64,000 nucleotides of DNA from Octopus vulgaris (GCA_951406725.2 OX597815.1:61194001-61258000); one strand, 5' to 3'; counted from the first letter of the stretch, positions 28,664 through 43,665 are shown. A program made the numbers and translations. Notes: generated from the sequence alone by a model not told the origin.

Positions 28664-28771
28664 CACATTAAAAATGGTTACAGGGGTCAATTCGATCGAC
28701 TAAACCTTTCGAGGCGGTAACTAAATATGGCCGATGTATAATGAATGAAACAAATCAAATATAAAAACATT

Positions 28772-30055
28772 TATACAGAATTGGCCAAAGAGTCGGTTTT
28801 TTAAGCGAAAATAAGATACAAGTTTTAAACGCAAAGCGATTTATTCAATCAATTACATTTCGTTCCAGTATCTTCTGCAATCTAATGGGCAGACCCATTA
28901 TTCTCGGCTTAAAGAATTTCCTGTTTTTACTGGCGAGAAACTCATCAAGGCAAAGTTTTACACCCTCTTCAGAGTTGAAGGTCTGTCCATTCAATGAATT
29001 TTTAATAGAACAAAACAGGTGGAAATTTGAAGGTGCAAGGTGGTCGTATATGGAGGGTACGACAAAACTTCCCGATAAAAGCACATTAACTTCTGCTACA
29101 TTTGCAGAGATGTGTGTGGTTTGACATTGTTATGACGAAAAACAATGCTCTTATAATTAGTTCTGGGCGCTTCTCGGGGATCACTGCGTTTAATTTGTCC
29201 AGCTAATCACAAATTGATGGTACAGTTCGTGGGAAGAAGCATGTAAAAGACAACATCCATCCAATCCCACCAAATTGGAAGCATAATCTTCTTAGGGTGA
29301 AGTGCTACTTTGGAGGTTGTTTGTGATTGTTTGTTGCGCTTTCCTCATGATCATTTGCGCATCCCATCGTTTTAGACAATCCGTATTTCGTCCCCTGTCA
29401 CCAATCTCTTAAAAAAAAAAGGGTAATTTTCTTTACGTTCCTGCAACGAATCCCAGATGGAAATCTGTCGGGTTATATTAGTCTCATTTATTGCTGTGGA
29501 CCCAAACATCGAGTCTGCTCACGTAACCAAGTTAATGCAGATGGTTTTTAACACTCAATTTGGATATTAAGAGAATATCTGCGAGCATCCTGATCGTGTA
29601 ACTCCTAAGTTTTGACTAACACCTTCATTTTATCGCTGTTAATCTCAGTTGGCTGGCCATAACGAGGTGCATCTTGAACGGAAAACTTTCCCAATAGAAA
29701 TCTTAAAAAAACTTCTCGTACACACGTTTCTCAACAGCATCCTCTCCGTACATAACACATAGTTTCCTCCAGGTTTTCGCCGCTTTATTGCCTTTCAATA
29801 AAATAATGTATCAGTTGTCCATAATTTTCGTTTTAGTTCTCCATGTCCCAAGCACACAAAATATCACCTGACTCGACGCAAGTTCGCGTTGAGCGATGTT
29901 GAAATTCCAAGAATTTAACAAGTGTGCACGAACAAGGAGGACGAAATACGGATTGTCTAAAACGAACAAGGAACTGACTGAAGTTAGCAACTTATTAGAG
30001 TGCTCAAAGTTTTGTGTCGACAAAAACCGAACGGACATTTTGACCAACCCATTAC
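28772..30055 (-). mobile_element. Decayed, roughly full-length mariner transposon
   Basis: About 1.28 kb. The minus strand gives LVTGDE (~29390-29405) and YDHLAPSNFHLF (YSPDLAPSD-like, ORF 28845..29084). Degenerate TIR-like ends ttggccaaagagtcggtttt / aaaaccgaacggacattttgaccaa. Confidence 0.82.
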
Positions 30056-30300
30056 ACACACACATATCTTTTCGACGGTGATCGTTGCCATGTACGTAAA
30101 TGCTTTCCCAAATAAACTTACACTTTATTTTAGAAGCTCTGAGGAAACTATGAGATGATGTACAAACAGTCAGCTCTGAGTGGGCTACATTCTGTAGCAG
30201 AAACAACTGTTAGTTAATTAAGTTGATTACATAATTCCTGTTCCCTTATCATTCCATTTTACGCACACACTCACACACACACACACGCACACACACATAC

Positions 30301-30393
<93 letters not shown>

Positions 30394-30439
30394 TGTATAC
30401 ATGTATGTATGTATCTTCTTATCAATGCATCTATCTATC

Positions 30440-30900
30440 TCTATCAAGCTATCTATGTGGTGTTTTAGGCAGATGTACAAGGCTGAGTGGGATGATAGAG
30501 TAATGAATAGCACTATCATGGAAAAGTGTAGAATATCTAGTACAGTGTCTTTCTTGATCAAGTCTCAGATGCGATGGTGTGGACGCATCCTTCACACGGA
30601 TAGTGGTCGAATTCCAAAACAAATAGTTATTGGTCAGCTTATTAATTCACGACGTAATTAATAAGTTCTACAGAAACGCCTGAATATTAGGAAAGAAAAC
30701 CTTGAGAATCTTGCGTGAAACTATGCAGCTTGGTTCAGGGAGTGCTTTATTTAGCTTCAGAATTTCGAAACTAAAAGGTTACTCCATCAAAAGCAACAGT
30801 TACGGGAAATTATGTACAGAAACCAACAGAGCAACAGTCTGTCTGCAAACCATCATTGTCCACATTGTGATTTCTCAGTTAGATCACGTGCTGTTTTAAT
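30440..30900 (+). mobile_element. RTE-clade LINE 3' fragment
   Basis: [55 protein letters not shown], the typical RTE/BovB post-RT region. Confidence 0.75.
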
Positions 30901-31304
30901 AAGTATCTATATTGGTTTTGGTGACCTGAGGATTCACATGAAGAGCTACGAGGTGAAGGGAATGAATTGTAAACATTGAGGAACGATAGTAATAGAAGTG
31001 TGAGTGTGTTGTTGATTGTCTATTTGGTTGGACTTTTTCCTGTCTTTTTGCTGAACGCTCGCACGTCGTATTCGATGGGAGAGTCATGCGTGTGTGTATA
31101 CTTTAGTATTGTTTGGTTTTCTACATAGGTAATCTAATTAGGCTTAGATAATGCTTAGATATTTGTTTCTAGTTTTTTTTTTGGGGGGGGGTTCTGTAGC
31201 ATGCATGTGAGAAAGAGAGAGAGAAAGAGAGAGTTATGTGCGCGCGTGCGCGTGTTTATGCATGTATGTACACGCGCGCGCACACACACACCAACCCACA
31301 CACA

Positions 31305-31395
<91 letters not shown>

Positions 31396-34300
31396 TTATA
31401 TATCAGTATTACCTAACCAACTGAGATGCACGAATGAAATGTTTTCTCCTGATACACAACTCTAATGAATGAAGATTTGTCTTCGTCGTTCAAAATGTAT
31501 TAATTTAAACTTTTTTCTTTTAAACTCATTTCACTTTAAACACCTTCAAGCGAAAGTAGAACCTGCATGCAATAAAATATTCTTTACCTTTTTAGAGACA
31601 TCCCGCTTTGCTTCAATAGTAGAATTTACCGGCTCTATTAAAAATTAGGATTTATTTGATTCGTTCAACTAATCTTGTTTCTAACTCATCGGCAAAAAAG
31701 TCAGTTTTCTGAATTCTATAAACAAGAGCCTTTACACTTGCTTAGATTTATTAGTATGAGGCTACCTTTAGCTGAAAATACACTACCTGGTTGAAACAGT
31801 CTCCAGGCGCCCTTATGTCAGTGAATTGTGTGTGTTATGATGACATTTCGTCTGAAAGGAAAAGTTGCTGTCCAAATACGAAATACTACAGCGATTAGCA
31901 TATTCACGTCCGAATCAACCGAAGCGTATAAAGGATGAATATGCATGTCCTTGTTTAGATTCTCGCTGTTCTATGTACTGATGGCTATTAAATTGTAGTT
32001 TAATAATCAAAATGGTGAAATTTATAGTCTTACCATTTGTAAGACTATTAATTTATTTCTAATATGAAGTTAGTTTGTCTATTTAACCTTGACATACAAT
32101 GTTCTTATTGTAATTTGTTTTATTTAAATTGATTGGGCTTCAGAACTCTTCTGGATCAACATTCAACGCCTAATTGTTCATAGAATTCAAAGACATTATA
32201 ATAATAAAACATTTTTGGTAGGCCATCCCAGTACAAACCTTTCCTGCTAAGAAAATTTGGTATTCATTGCAACTCACTTTATCATTGTATCTCAAATGCT
32301 GAGATCTTAACTCCAGTACAATATATTCAACAACCCCACAATCACCTTAGACAATTCAATGCAATACACTCTAGAAAATAAATGTAGAGACTCCCATGAA
32401 ACACACTCTACAAAACAACGTGAATCAATTACAATTCTAAAGAGGAAATCCGTTAAAAGCAAGAAAAACTTCCTCTACAAAACACCAGTATCAAATACAA
32501 CTCAACAACAAACAAGCCATACTTGGAAGGAGGTCAATACATTTTGATAAAGACTGATACATGTTTATGCTGATGCATGACTCCCTTTAGCGCCACCTAA
32601 GTTTGCTTAAGTGAAAGGCTTCTGGTTTGTGTCATTTTAGCTTGACACTAACGTTGTCGTGGGACAGTGTAAGAATCCAAAGAACAGGGACAGATAATGC
32701 AAAGTATCTCATCCGGCTCCTTTAGTCGTTCCGCGAATCCACCACCTTGTATTTGTACATTTTTTACCGACCCCGAAAGGATGAAAGGTAACAGTTGTTC
32801 TAGGCGAGATTTGAACTCAGAACACAGAGACCTGAAACAAATACTGCGACACATTCTAACCATCACTCTAACGACTGTACCAGCCCATGAGAGTGAAAAA
32901 AATGAAAGAAAATCAGAAAACTGGTCAATAACCATACTAAACATAAATGAGAAAACAAGTAGCATATTATAACAGAAATTAATCAGAAACATGGAGACTT
33001 GTTAACAATGGCCCTACACGAAAATGTAAGATACATTAGTGCCATCAAAGTAATGACCTTGACACATCGATCTCATCAGATAATTAAAAAATCAATAGGA
33101 AGCTCCAAACTGAAAACAATTAAAATACACCTCATAACAACAACCAATCCCTGATGGAATTACTGCACTAAACAATATCTTTAATTATTCATAATGACGT
33201 TGCCAATTCTAAGAATTTGGAATATGAACAGAAACTATATGTAGGCTTATGTAATAAATGTGTAACATATGTAAAACAATTTAACGTGCATATAACATTT
33301 GTAAAACTTACAGCAACCTAATATATGTATAACATAAGGAAGCTTACCTAACATGCGTATAACGCATGTAAAACATACACTAATCTCTCGTACGTACAGC
33401 ATATATAAACCTTACAAAATTTTAACTAAGGGAAATATCAATGACCCATTAATCTCCGATGTAGACCCTGAAAAACAAAATCTTTGGAAAGTTGATATCA
33501 GCTGCCAAAACACTCTCCTTTCCACGCGAATTTAAACCACTTATATTTCTCTACCTTCATCGGCTTAAAATCGCATACATAGGCTATTGCATTCCATTGT
33601 AAACTACTACTGAAATGAAGGATGGTAAGGTTCTATTTTGCATACTCCTGCGAGCTTATCTATTTAATATGAGTAATATTCGTCTAAAAACAAAAAAGGC
33701 CATACATATTTCAATTCGCACCAAAGGACAAACAAACAACAGCCGAGCATACACGCACTATTTACTTTTTTATCATCGACACTAGAAAAACATTCGACTC
33801 CATTCTCCTCAAACCTCTCGTAAATGAAGTAAGAAACCCCTTCAAAACAACAACACATTCCACTGACAAGAGGATTAACCAACGAAGGGGCGAAGCGTAT
33901 GAAGGAGGCGAGCTTATAAAGGTGCCGTGTTTTGAAAGGGCCAAATCTTTACTATGTCATCGAGACGTGTTGTATATAACTGCATTATTTTTGTATTGTT
34001 GAATGTGAGGGTTGGTTGTATCTTATATCGAGTTATGTTGTTGGTAACAAGGTAGATAGTGGATTTGATAGAGGAGCCAATTTTTACATTTTTGCTGTAA
34101 CCTTGTAGTTGTGTGACTTTGTTACTGGCACAATGTGGTGGACGTCAACTACGACGTTATTTAAGCATAATGGTGTGTGGACGGTTTGTAGCTGAAGTTG
34201 TTAACTTCCGGTTAGCAATTTTTTAATCTAGCATGTTATGAAGAGGTTTTTTTCTCATACAAAAATCACAGTAGCGTGCCTCTCAACGATGTATATGCGT

Positions 34301-35118
34301 TATGCATGGTATATAGATGGTTATTTTATTCCTTGTTATTAATGCGCAGATGGCTGATATTTGCCTTTCTGTCATCAAGTCCCTAACCTCGAAGTAGTAT
34401 ACACACAGAAGCAAACAAGTGTTACGTGTAAGGAAGAAATTCATAAGGTTTCAGGCTGGACCCTCCAGTATTAGGGAATATGAATTTTAACAATTTTATT
34501 GATTCCATTCGATTACTAGACACGAGACAGTTTTGTAACTGCAATTTCTGACTGTGGAACAAGGCCTCATATTTCAATGGAGTCAACCCTAGCGTTTGGC
34601 CGGTGTTTTATTTTATTGATCACACGGGGAAAAAGAAAGTTAGGGTTCATTTCTGATGAATTTAAGCTCAGAAGTTACGGATCGAGATATTTTGTTCCAC
34701 GCACTAACTCTTCTCCTGAAATATCGCCGTTTTTTGTAAAATTAGAATTCCAAGAGACCTACTACAAATCATGGCGTTTCTATAGAACATTTTTAATTTG
34801 TTATGCTCGGTGACCTCTGTCGAAACTTTCTTCTTTGCTTTTTGTTGAATTTGTTTTTATTAATTCTAAATTCCTTAAAATATGTGGCACATTTTTTCCC
34901 CTTTTGTTGGAGAACTCTTTATCTCTGAGGGAACAGAAAAACGCTGCAATTTTTATTTTTCAATTTCCATTTCGTTCCGTTTTTATATTGTCTTCTACCT
35001 GAAGAATTCTGTGATTTGTCTATTTTCTAATTGAATTTTTCAAACAAATATTCATTTTTTTCTCGTCAATTAAGTGTCGGGTATGTATGCAGAATATATT
35101 TTTTTTTTTCTGCATACA

Positions 35119-35214
<96 letters not shown>

Positions 35215-35402
35215 ACATACACACACACATACACACACATACACTTCACACATACATACATATATATATATATGTATGTATATATATATTCCAGCATAAA
35301 TCCTCGTAAACTACTCTCTTAATATCCAATGTCCGTTTTATTATTCTCTCATTCATTTTGGAACTCAGTCTCTCTCTCTCTCTCTCTCTCGCTCTCTCTC
35401 TT

Positions 35403-35518
<116 letters not shown>

Positions 35519-36931
35519 CCTCTCTCTCTTTCCGTCCTCTCTCCCTCCTGTATTTTCCTCTATTTACTGATATTTCAACGCTCGTACAGTATTAATTTGT
35601 TTGTTTTTTTAAATCTACTTTACCAATTTTATAATATTCTCTGTGATGACATATGAGCTGAGGGTAGAAGTGAAGATCGTCACTGCTCTTCAAAGCTTGT
35701 GTACTTCCTCCCACCCACCCACTGCTCCTCTCGTTAAATCTAACCCTTACTGTTGACCCATCTGCTCTATATCAAATTTCTCTTTAAAATCCCGCACAAA
35801 ATATTGGTTTCACTATGACAAGGCACAGACGCTCGAGAATTTAGAAAATAAAAAAATGAAGGAATGAAATATTGTGTTCGCCATGGTTTTCAGAGAAGTA
35901 TTAGTTATGGAAACGAATGTGTTTCAAATGAGATTAAAAAAACCGGTTTCTGGATTCACTTCGCCAAAACCTTACCATTTCTTCAAAGATATTTGTCGCA
36001 GTCTTACACTAAACTACGTCGTTAGTTTGTAAGAAATAGCATCTAAAACTTCACATTACTCCTGACCATCTTAATAAACAAGGCTAAAGTATGTTATTCC
36101 TACAAGAAAGGTCACGATTGAGCAACAATAATCATAAGCAACACAAAGCGGCGAATTGGTAGAATCGTTAGCACGCTGGGCAAAATACTTAGCATTATTT
36201 TGTCCTTCTTTATGTTCTGAGTTCAAATTCAGTCGAGGTCGGCTTTGTCTTTCAGCCTGTTGGGGTTGATAAAATAAGTACCAGTTGAGCACTGGGTTCA
36301 GTCTAATCGACTTTTTCTCCTCCTTTAAAATTGCTGGCCTTGTGCCAAACTTTGAGACTAATAATCATAGCAACAACGATGACGACGACAACGGAGGCAA
36401 TGGAGAAAGCAACGAAGTCGAGAAAGTCAACAACTAACTTTAAAAACAACAACACAACCAATACCAACAACATTATTGTCGCCACCACCACCATTACCTC
36501 CACCGCCGCCGCCGCTGCCGACGTCACCAGCACCATTACCACCACCACTTTCACCACCATCACTGCCAGCATCGCAATCGCCGTCGCCGTGCTACCACTA
36601 TCACTACTATTACCACTGCTACCGCCACCACCATTATCTAAACGCCATAATTTTTAATCAAATTTGTCATTTTTATACTACCTTTCTCGCCCTTTCACCT
36701 TTATTTTACACCCCACCCAAACTTGTCATTATTTTATTTCTTCTTATGTCTCTTATCAACCACACCCACCACCTTCTTCCATTATTACATTATTTCCACA
36801 CACCTTTTCGATTTCATTCTCTTTCCCTCGTATATGTGTGTGTGTGTGTGTGTGTGTATTTGCACGTATGTGTATGGTGCATGCATAGTTATACATACAT
36901 ACATACATACATACATACATACATACATACA

Positions 36932-36967
<36 letters not shown>

Positions 36968-37099
36968 TATATATACATATACAAAAAGCAATAAAGATTC
37001 AAGTTAATTTAAAAGAATTTACTTGAATATGGTACCTAACTTAGATGCACCAAAAAAACTATACTGATTTAACAATACAGTAATGTGGGGTGATTATAA

Positions 37100-37830
37100 G
37101 CGAGAATGAAGCAACAAGAATGGATAGGTTTTTAGTACAATCGTTTCATACAAGGACAGGTTTTATTAAAAGTTGCAAAAATTACAGCATATAAACGTGT
37201 CCCGTACTCATCAGCTAAAATACATGTGAGTTCTCTAGACATCCTAGTGGTTGAGGCTATACTCATGAAGTAATGTAGATAATTAAGTAACATAAACAGA
37301 TTTCAAAAGTTCATTAAAGTTCTTTAAAGATGATGTACAGTCTTATCACAGAATTTTAAAAAAGTCTTAATAGCATCACAGAGAAGGTGACCTAATCCAC
37401 AGTGCACATATGAATTTCCAGAGATATGATGAGGGATTACATACTCAAAGAAGACAAATTTATCCATTGTTAATTACAACGAGGTGGGTTTCAATTCCTG
37501 CTTATTAGCAGGAAATTCATATGTGCACTGTGGATTAGGTCACCTTCTCTGTGATGCTATTAAGACTTTTTTAAAATTCTGTGATAAGACTGTACATCAT
37601 CTTTAAAGAACTTTAATGAACTTTTGAAATCTGTTTATGTTACTTAATTATCTACATTACTTCATGAGTATAGCCTCAACCACTAGGATGTCTAGAGAAC
37701 TCACATGTATTTTAGCTGATGAGTACGGGACACGTTTATATGCTGTAATTTTTGCAACTTTTAATAAAACCTGTCCTTGTATGAAACGATTGTACTAAAA
37801 ACCTATCCATTCTTGTTGCTTCATTCTCGC
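37100..37830. repeat. Apparently perfect 320-bp inverted repeat with a 91-bp spacer (likely inverted PLE terminal repeat)
   Basis: 37100-37419 is the reverse complement of 37511-37830, with no mismatch seen by eye. Contains CTGATGA and abuts (TA)n. Confidence 0.93.
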
Positions 37831-37831
37831 G

Positions 37832-37885
<54 letters not shown>

Positions 37886-38041
37886 CATATATATATACAT
37901 ATATATACATATATATATATATACATACATATATATACATATATATATATATATACATACATATATATATATAAATACATATATACATATACATATATAT
38001 ATATATATATGTATATGTATATATGTATATATATATGTATG

Positions 38042-38102
<61 letters not shown>

Positions 38103-39094
38103 TATTATAAAAGGCAGATTTTATCTGCCTCCCTTTGGGAGTTATACAAATCTACAAGATAGGATTTCTTCAATTACAATTTACCTGACATTTTTAAGAG
38201 TACAATGCATCGCGTCATGCCAGGTCCAGTTTTTAAAATTTAAACTCCAATTAAGCAAAATTTACAGAAAACTCACATTCTGGTGTGTGTGTCAAATGCT
38301 TTTCTTAGTCTGGTTTACACCACACGCAAACGCACACACACAGTGGGCAACGAATAAAATGAAACTAATTCACTTACTGTAGTGAGTGATTCTTTCACTC
38401 TGCCTCCCACTTCCTCTTTCCACACATACACACGCAAATATATAAATAAAATTGTAAGCTAACGTGCGTGTGTGTGAGTGTGTGTGTGCGCGTGTGTGTG
38501 TGTGTGTGTGACGGTGCGTGTGTGTGTGTATGTGTGTGCGTGTGCGTGAGTGTGTGACAGGAAAGTTTTTTTAGATGAATATAACACCTATATCCAAGTA
38601 GCAGAAAGATAAGACAGTAAGGTGTGATTTGAGGGAGATTTGGCTGCTATTTCTACCATGTCTAGCTGCCATGTAGGGGTCTCCCTCATAGGCTCATACA
38701 TACATATATACATAGATAAGACAGTAAGGTGTGATTTGGGGGAAATTTTGCTGCTATTTCTACCAGGTCTAGCTACCATGTAGAGGTCCCCCTCAATTCT
38801 TTTATTCTTCTGCTTTTTCCAGCCATTGCTCTGTGGCCATGCTGGGGCAATGCCTTGAAGAATTGTAGTTTAATGAATCAACTCCAGTTTTATTTTTGTA
38901 AGCATTGTACTTATTCTATCTGTTTCCTTTGTCAAACCACTAGGTGACAGGGATGTAAACAAACCAACATTCGTTGTCAAGCAGTGGTGGAGGACAATCA
39001 CAAGCACAGACACGCACACACACACACATACATGCATACACATATACACACATACATACATACATACATATATATATGTGTGTGTATATATATA

Positions 39095-39353
39095 TTGCAG
39101 CGTGGAAGGTGTTTGTAAGCCATTTAAGAAACACACAAAAACCGTTACATTCACTTCAACATTTAAATTTAATTTGCCAAAATATTTTCGTCGCTTTCAG
39201 ACCGCGACCTGTTCACTGACAAAAATATCGTGCTAACAGGTCGCGGTCTCAAAGTGACGAAAATATTTTGACAAATTTAATTTAAATGTTGAAGTGAATC
39301 TAACGGTTTTTGTGTGTTTCTTAAATGGCTTATAAACACCTTCAACGCTGCAA
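39095..39353. repeat. ~118-bp imperfect inverted repeat with a ~21-bp spacer (fold-back; MITE-like or inverted PLE end)
   Basis: ttgcagcgtggaaggtgttt..gaccgcgacctgtt / aacaggtcgcggtc..aaacaccttcaacgctgcaa. Confidence 0.85.
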
Positions 39354-40616
39354 CTGTTTTCGTTCCAGCACACGATCTCAGATCAAGTCACTTGCTATGC
39401 AAGTACATCTCTGTAACTATATATATATTTATATATATATATATATGTATATTGGTAAAAACAGTAAGATAACAAAAGAAAGAAAGAGACCTCAATATTA
39501 TGTAAATAGAGGAAATCTTTATATATAAAAGTGAGGTTGTGTGTCTGTCTCCTACGATTTAGATTCCTAACTACTCCCACATTTTGCGGTGCAGTTTAAC
39601 CAAAACCGGGTATCTTATAGTCGTGATTCATATCGAGACCGTCTGGGTATTAGCGCGCGGTCTACCATGAGTCTACGATTTTAAAAAAAATTTACCATCA
39701 ATTTTTCCAATTTTTAATCCATTTTTGACATATATAAGGGAAGTAACTCTCTAAAATTTATTATTAAATCTCAGAACGTAAAAAGCTACAGTAACACCCC
39801 TCCCCCTTTGTGGTTAGCCATATTGAGATGGCTATTATACTTTACATCTCTAAAAATGCTTATATAATTATTTCCCTTACAAACCCGAGCAACGCCGGGC
39901 GATACTGCTAGTCTTATTATAAAAGGCAGATTTTATCTGCCTCCCTTTGGGAGTTATACAAATCTACAATATAGGATTTCTTCAATTACAATTTACCTAG
40001 CATTCGTGAGAGTACAATGCATCGCGTCATGCCAGGTCCAGTTTTTAAAATTTAAACTCCAATTAAGCAAAATTTACAGAAAACTCACATTCTGGTGTGT
40101 GTGTCAAATGCTTTTCTTAGTCTGGTTTACACCACACGCAAACGCACACACAGAGTGGGCAACGAATAAAATGAAAGTAAATAGCGACAGTGATTTGAGG
40201 AAGACTAAAGTGAAAGTATTCTGTCTATGACGCTGATAGATACATGAGTAAAATGTATGGGAAGCTAAGAGCTAAGAGTGAGTGAAAATGTTCTTGGAAG
40301 AGAGTAATTAGTAATAAAGTAAACATACACTCATACATACATACATACATACATACATACATACATACATACATACACACACACACATACACATACACAT
40401 ACATACACACACACATACATACATACACACATACATACATACATACATATACATACATACACACATATACATACATACATACACACACACACATACACAC
40501 ACACACACAGTATTGAAGCTTGAGAACAATCAGATACATTTGCAACACATCTGTTGAAAGTATTATTGTTCACACACATACATATACATATATACATACA
40601 GACAGACAGACAGATA

Positions 40617-40650
<34 letters not shown>

Positions 40651-40699
40651 ATCCAGCATGGCCACAACCTCAAGGCTGAAACATATAAAAGAATAACAG

Positions 40700-41062
40700 A
40701 ATATAAATGTGTGCAAAGTACAAGAAATATTAATGCAGTATATGGGGATTGGACAATAAGCGTAAGGCAGTGTCAATGGTGGTTCCAGAAATCCCGAGCC
40801 ATAAACTACAGCCTAGAAGACGAGCCTCATCCTGAAAGATCTGTAGAACTCGACAAGGACATCCTGAAAACCCTGGTGGAACAAAATATCATCGTAACTG
40901 TTGAGGAACTAGCAGAGAAGCTTGGATTTGGTCATTCAACCATTCATTGACACCTGTGTGCTATCGGAAAAGTCAGCAAATTGGGTCAATGGGTTCCTCA
41001 CGAACTTTCCGAGTCTAATTGCATGCAGAGAGTGAATGTATGCTTTTCTTTGCTGTCATATC
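40700..41062 (+). mobile_element. mariner transposase N-terminal fragment (HTH region to WVPHEL)
   Basis: RNINAVYG..SVRQCQWWF..SLEDEPH..TVEELAEKLG..STIH*HL..GKVSKLGQWVPHEL. Confidence 0.88.
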
Positions 41063-42615
41063 TCACCACTACTGCGCTATGTATATCTATATATATAAAA
41101 CTGTAGTTGTGTGAGTGTCTGTCCCCTTCGATTTAGATTCCTAACTACTCCCACATTTTGCGGTACAGTTTAACCAAATTCGGGTAGCTTATAGTCGTGA
41201 TTCATATCGAGCCCGTCTGAATATTAGCGCGCGTCTACGATGAGTCTACGATTTTAAAAATAATTTAACATCATTTTTTATTCCATTTTAATGCATAATT
41301 TTTCGTGTGTCGATGGCGGCGGAGTTGGCGTCCACGCTCACACCTGCACCTGTGGGGAAGGGAGTGTAAGGAAATCAACGTCGTAATGCGTTGTCAAGGA
41401 GACCAGTGTTCTTTTAGAACAACGACTTCATGGCTTGAAGACACCAAAACAGAAATGGCTAAGAAAGCGTCTACGATGAGTCTACGATTTAAAAAATAAA
41501 TTACCATCGTTTTTTTTCCATTTTAATGCATTTTTTCGCTATTATATAAGGGAAGTAACTCTCTAAAAATGCCTACACGATGAGTCAACGATTTAAAAAA
41601 AATTTACCATCATATTTTTTCCATTTTTAATGCATTTTTTGTTATTTTTTGGCTATAACTCTCTAAAAATGCTTATATAGTTATTTCCCTTACAAACCCG
41701 AGCAACGCCGGGCGATACTGCTAGTCTCTTATTATAAAAGGCAGATTTTATCTGCCTCCCTTTGGGAGTTATACAAATCTACAATATAGGATTTCTTTAA
41801 TTACAATTTACCTTGCATTTTTAAGAGTACAATGCATTGCGTCATGCCAGGTCCAGTTTTTAAAATTTAAACTCCAATTAAGCAAAATTTACAGAAAACT
41901 CACATTCTTGTGTGTGTGTGTCAAATGCTTTTCTTAGTCTGGTTTACACCACACGCAAACGCACACACACAGTGGGCAACGAATAAAATGAAAGTAAATA
42001 GCGACAGAGTGATTTGAGGAAGCCTAAACTGAAAGTAATTAAACCACTACTCAAAAAATAAAAAAACACAGCAAACAGAAACAAATAAATACATAACCAT
42101 TTAGTCCTCACACAATTTCTTCAATTAGAATTTACCTAAGATTTTTCAAAGTACTCCATTCGCTCATGCCATAATATATTTCTTTCAATTTCACCCCCAA
42201 TTAAGACAAAATTCGAGAAAACTCAATATTTTAACATATCACTCCGAAAGCATTGATGTACATGTGTGCTTGCGAGAGTGTGTGTGTGTCATTCCTCACA
42301 CACACGCATACACATACATATACAACTACATACAACTACATACACATACAACTACATACAAACACGTGTGTGTTTGTTATTAGTAAAAAAAGGCGCCAAA
42401 ACACAACTCACTTATCATTCCAACACATTTGCAAAGACACACGGACGGTCGAATAACAATACAGAAAAGGTAAATTGGTTTTTATTTTACTCTGTATATA
42501 TTTTATTATATAATATTATATATAGATATATGTATATATAATTGCAGTATGAAACAGTGTTTATGTATAAACAGACGACACTTATATATAGTTATTAATA
42601 AATGTATGCATCCGT

Positions 42616-42970
42616 TTAACCCTTTCGTTACCAAACCGCCCGAAAAAAATTTTGGTTAATGTGACCAAGCCGCCCGAATTTACCTATTCATATTTAAATG
42701 AGAATATCAGAGTAAATCTCTTTAGAACATTCGTGAAAACACGTATTATACTTCGTAAACAGTTCAACTACAGTTTTGTACAAAAATCGAAGTGTAATTT
42801 TAATTCCGTGAATTATGGGAGATTGTTTTCCGAAATTTGTTCCTATTGTGTTTTCAAAATTTGTAATTCTGACAAAAAATGGATACGAATTTCATTATAT
42901 CAAGCAGCGAGTCAGAATTCGAAGGATTTTCTACTGAAGTCCTTCATAAATCTAACTCTATGACTGAAAA
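42616..42970 (+). mobile_element. Possible piggyBac-like 5' end fragment
   Basis: TTAA followed by CCCTTTCGTTACC terminus, a short subterminal repeat (ccgcccgaa twice) and an acidic start MDTNFIISSSESEFEGF. Confidence 0.45.
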
Positions 42971-43373
42971 AAAAAAGCATCTTTATATAAGAGTGAAGTT
43001 GTGTGTCTGTCTCCTACGATTTAGATTCGTAACTACTCCCACATTTTGCGGTGCAGTTTAACCAAAAGCGGGTATCTTATAGTCGTGATTCATATCGAGC
43101 CCTTCTGGGTATTAGTGCGCGTCTACGATGAGTCTACGATTTAAAAAAATTTACCATCATATTTTTCCATTTTAATGCATTTTTTTCGCTTTTATATAAG
43201 GGAAGTAACTCTCTAAAAATATCTACGATGTGTCAACGATTTAAAAAAAAATTTACCTTAATCTTTTTTCAATTTTTAATGCATTTTTTTGCTATTTTTT
43301 GGCTATAACTCTCTAAAAATGCTTATATAGTTATTTCCCTTACAAACCCGAGCAACGCCGGGCGATACTGCTA

Positions 43374-43426
<53 letters not shown>

Positions 43427-43665
43427 GAGAAAATGGACAAACATACCTAAATCAATCATCAACCATCAGATAATACCCAATCAATACTTTATTACACCAT
43501 TACATAACAGCAATGACATTATACATAATATATTGCAAATATAACTAGACATGGAAATAGAAATATAAAATACAATTACATCATATTGGATATATGTTAT
43601 CCCATGGAGGGTTGAATTTACAACCCCTATCTCATTTTATATATATATATGTATATATATATATG

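Larger units (their letters stand above)
38098..43374 (+). mobile_element. Cluster of non-autonomous Helitrons: module A (38098, 39912, 41725) and module B (39516-39911, 41086-41724, 42980-43374)
   Basis: All modules start with TC. B ends with the hairpin cccgagcaacgccggg followed by cgatactgCTAG. Outer boundaries are A|TC and CTAG|T within (TA)n; internal CTAG|TC junctions at 39911/39912 and 41724/41725. Confidence 0.85.

Noticed and set aside
32100-34400. Possible decayed LINE coding remnants (also a possible PLE remnant at ~52330-52760)
   Set aside because: Only vague similarity with no unambiguous motif; needs a translated HMM search.
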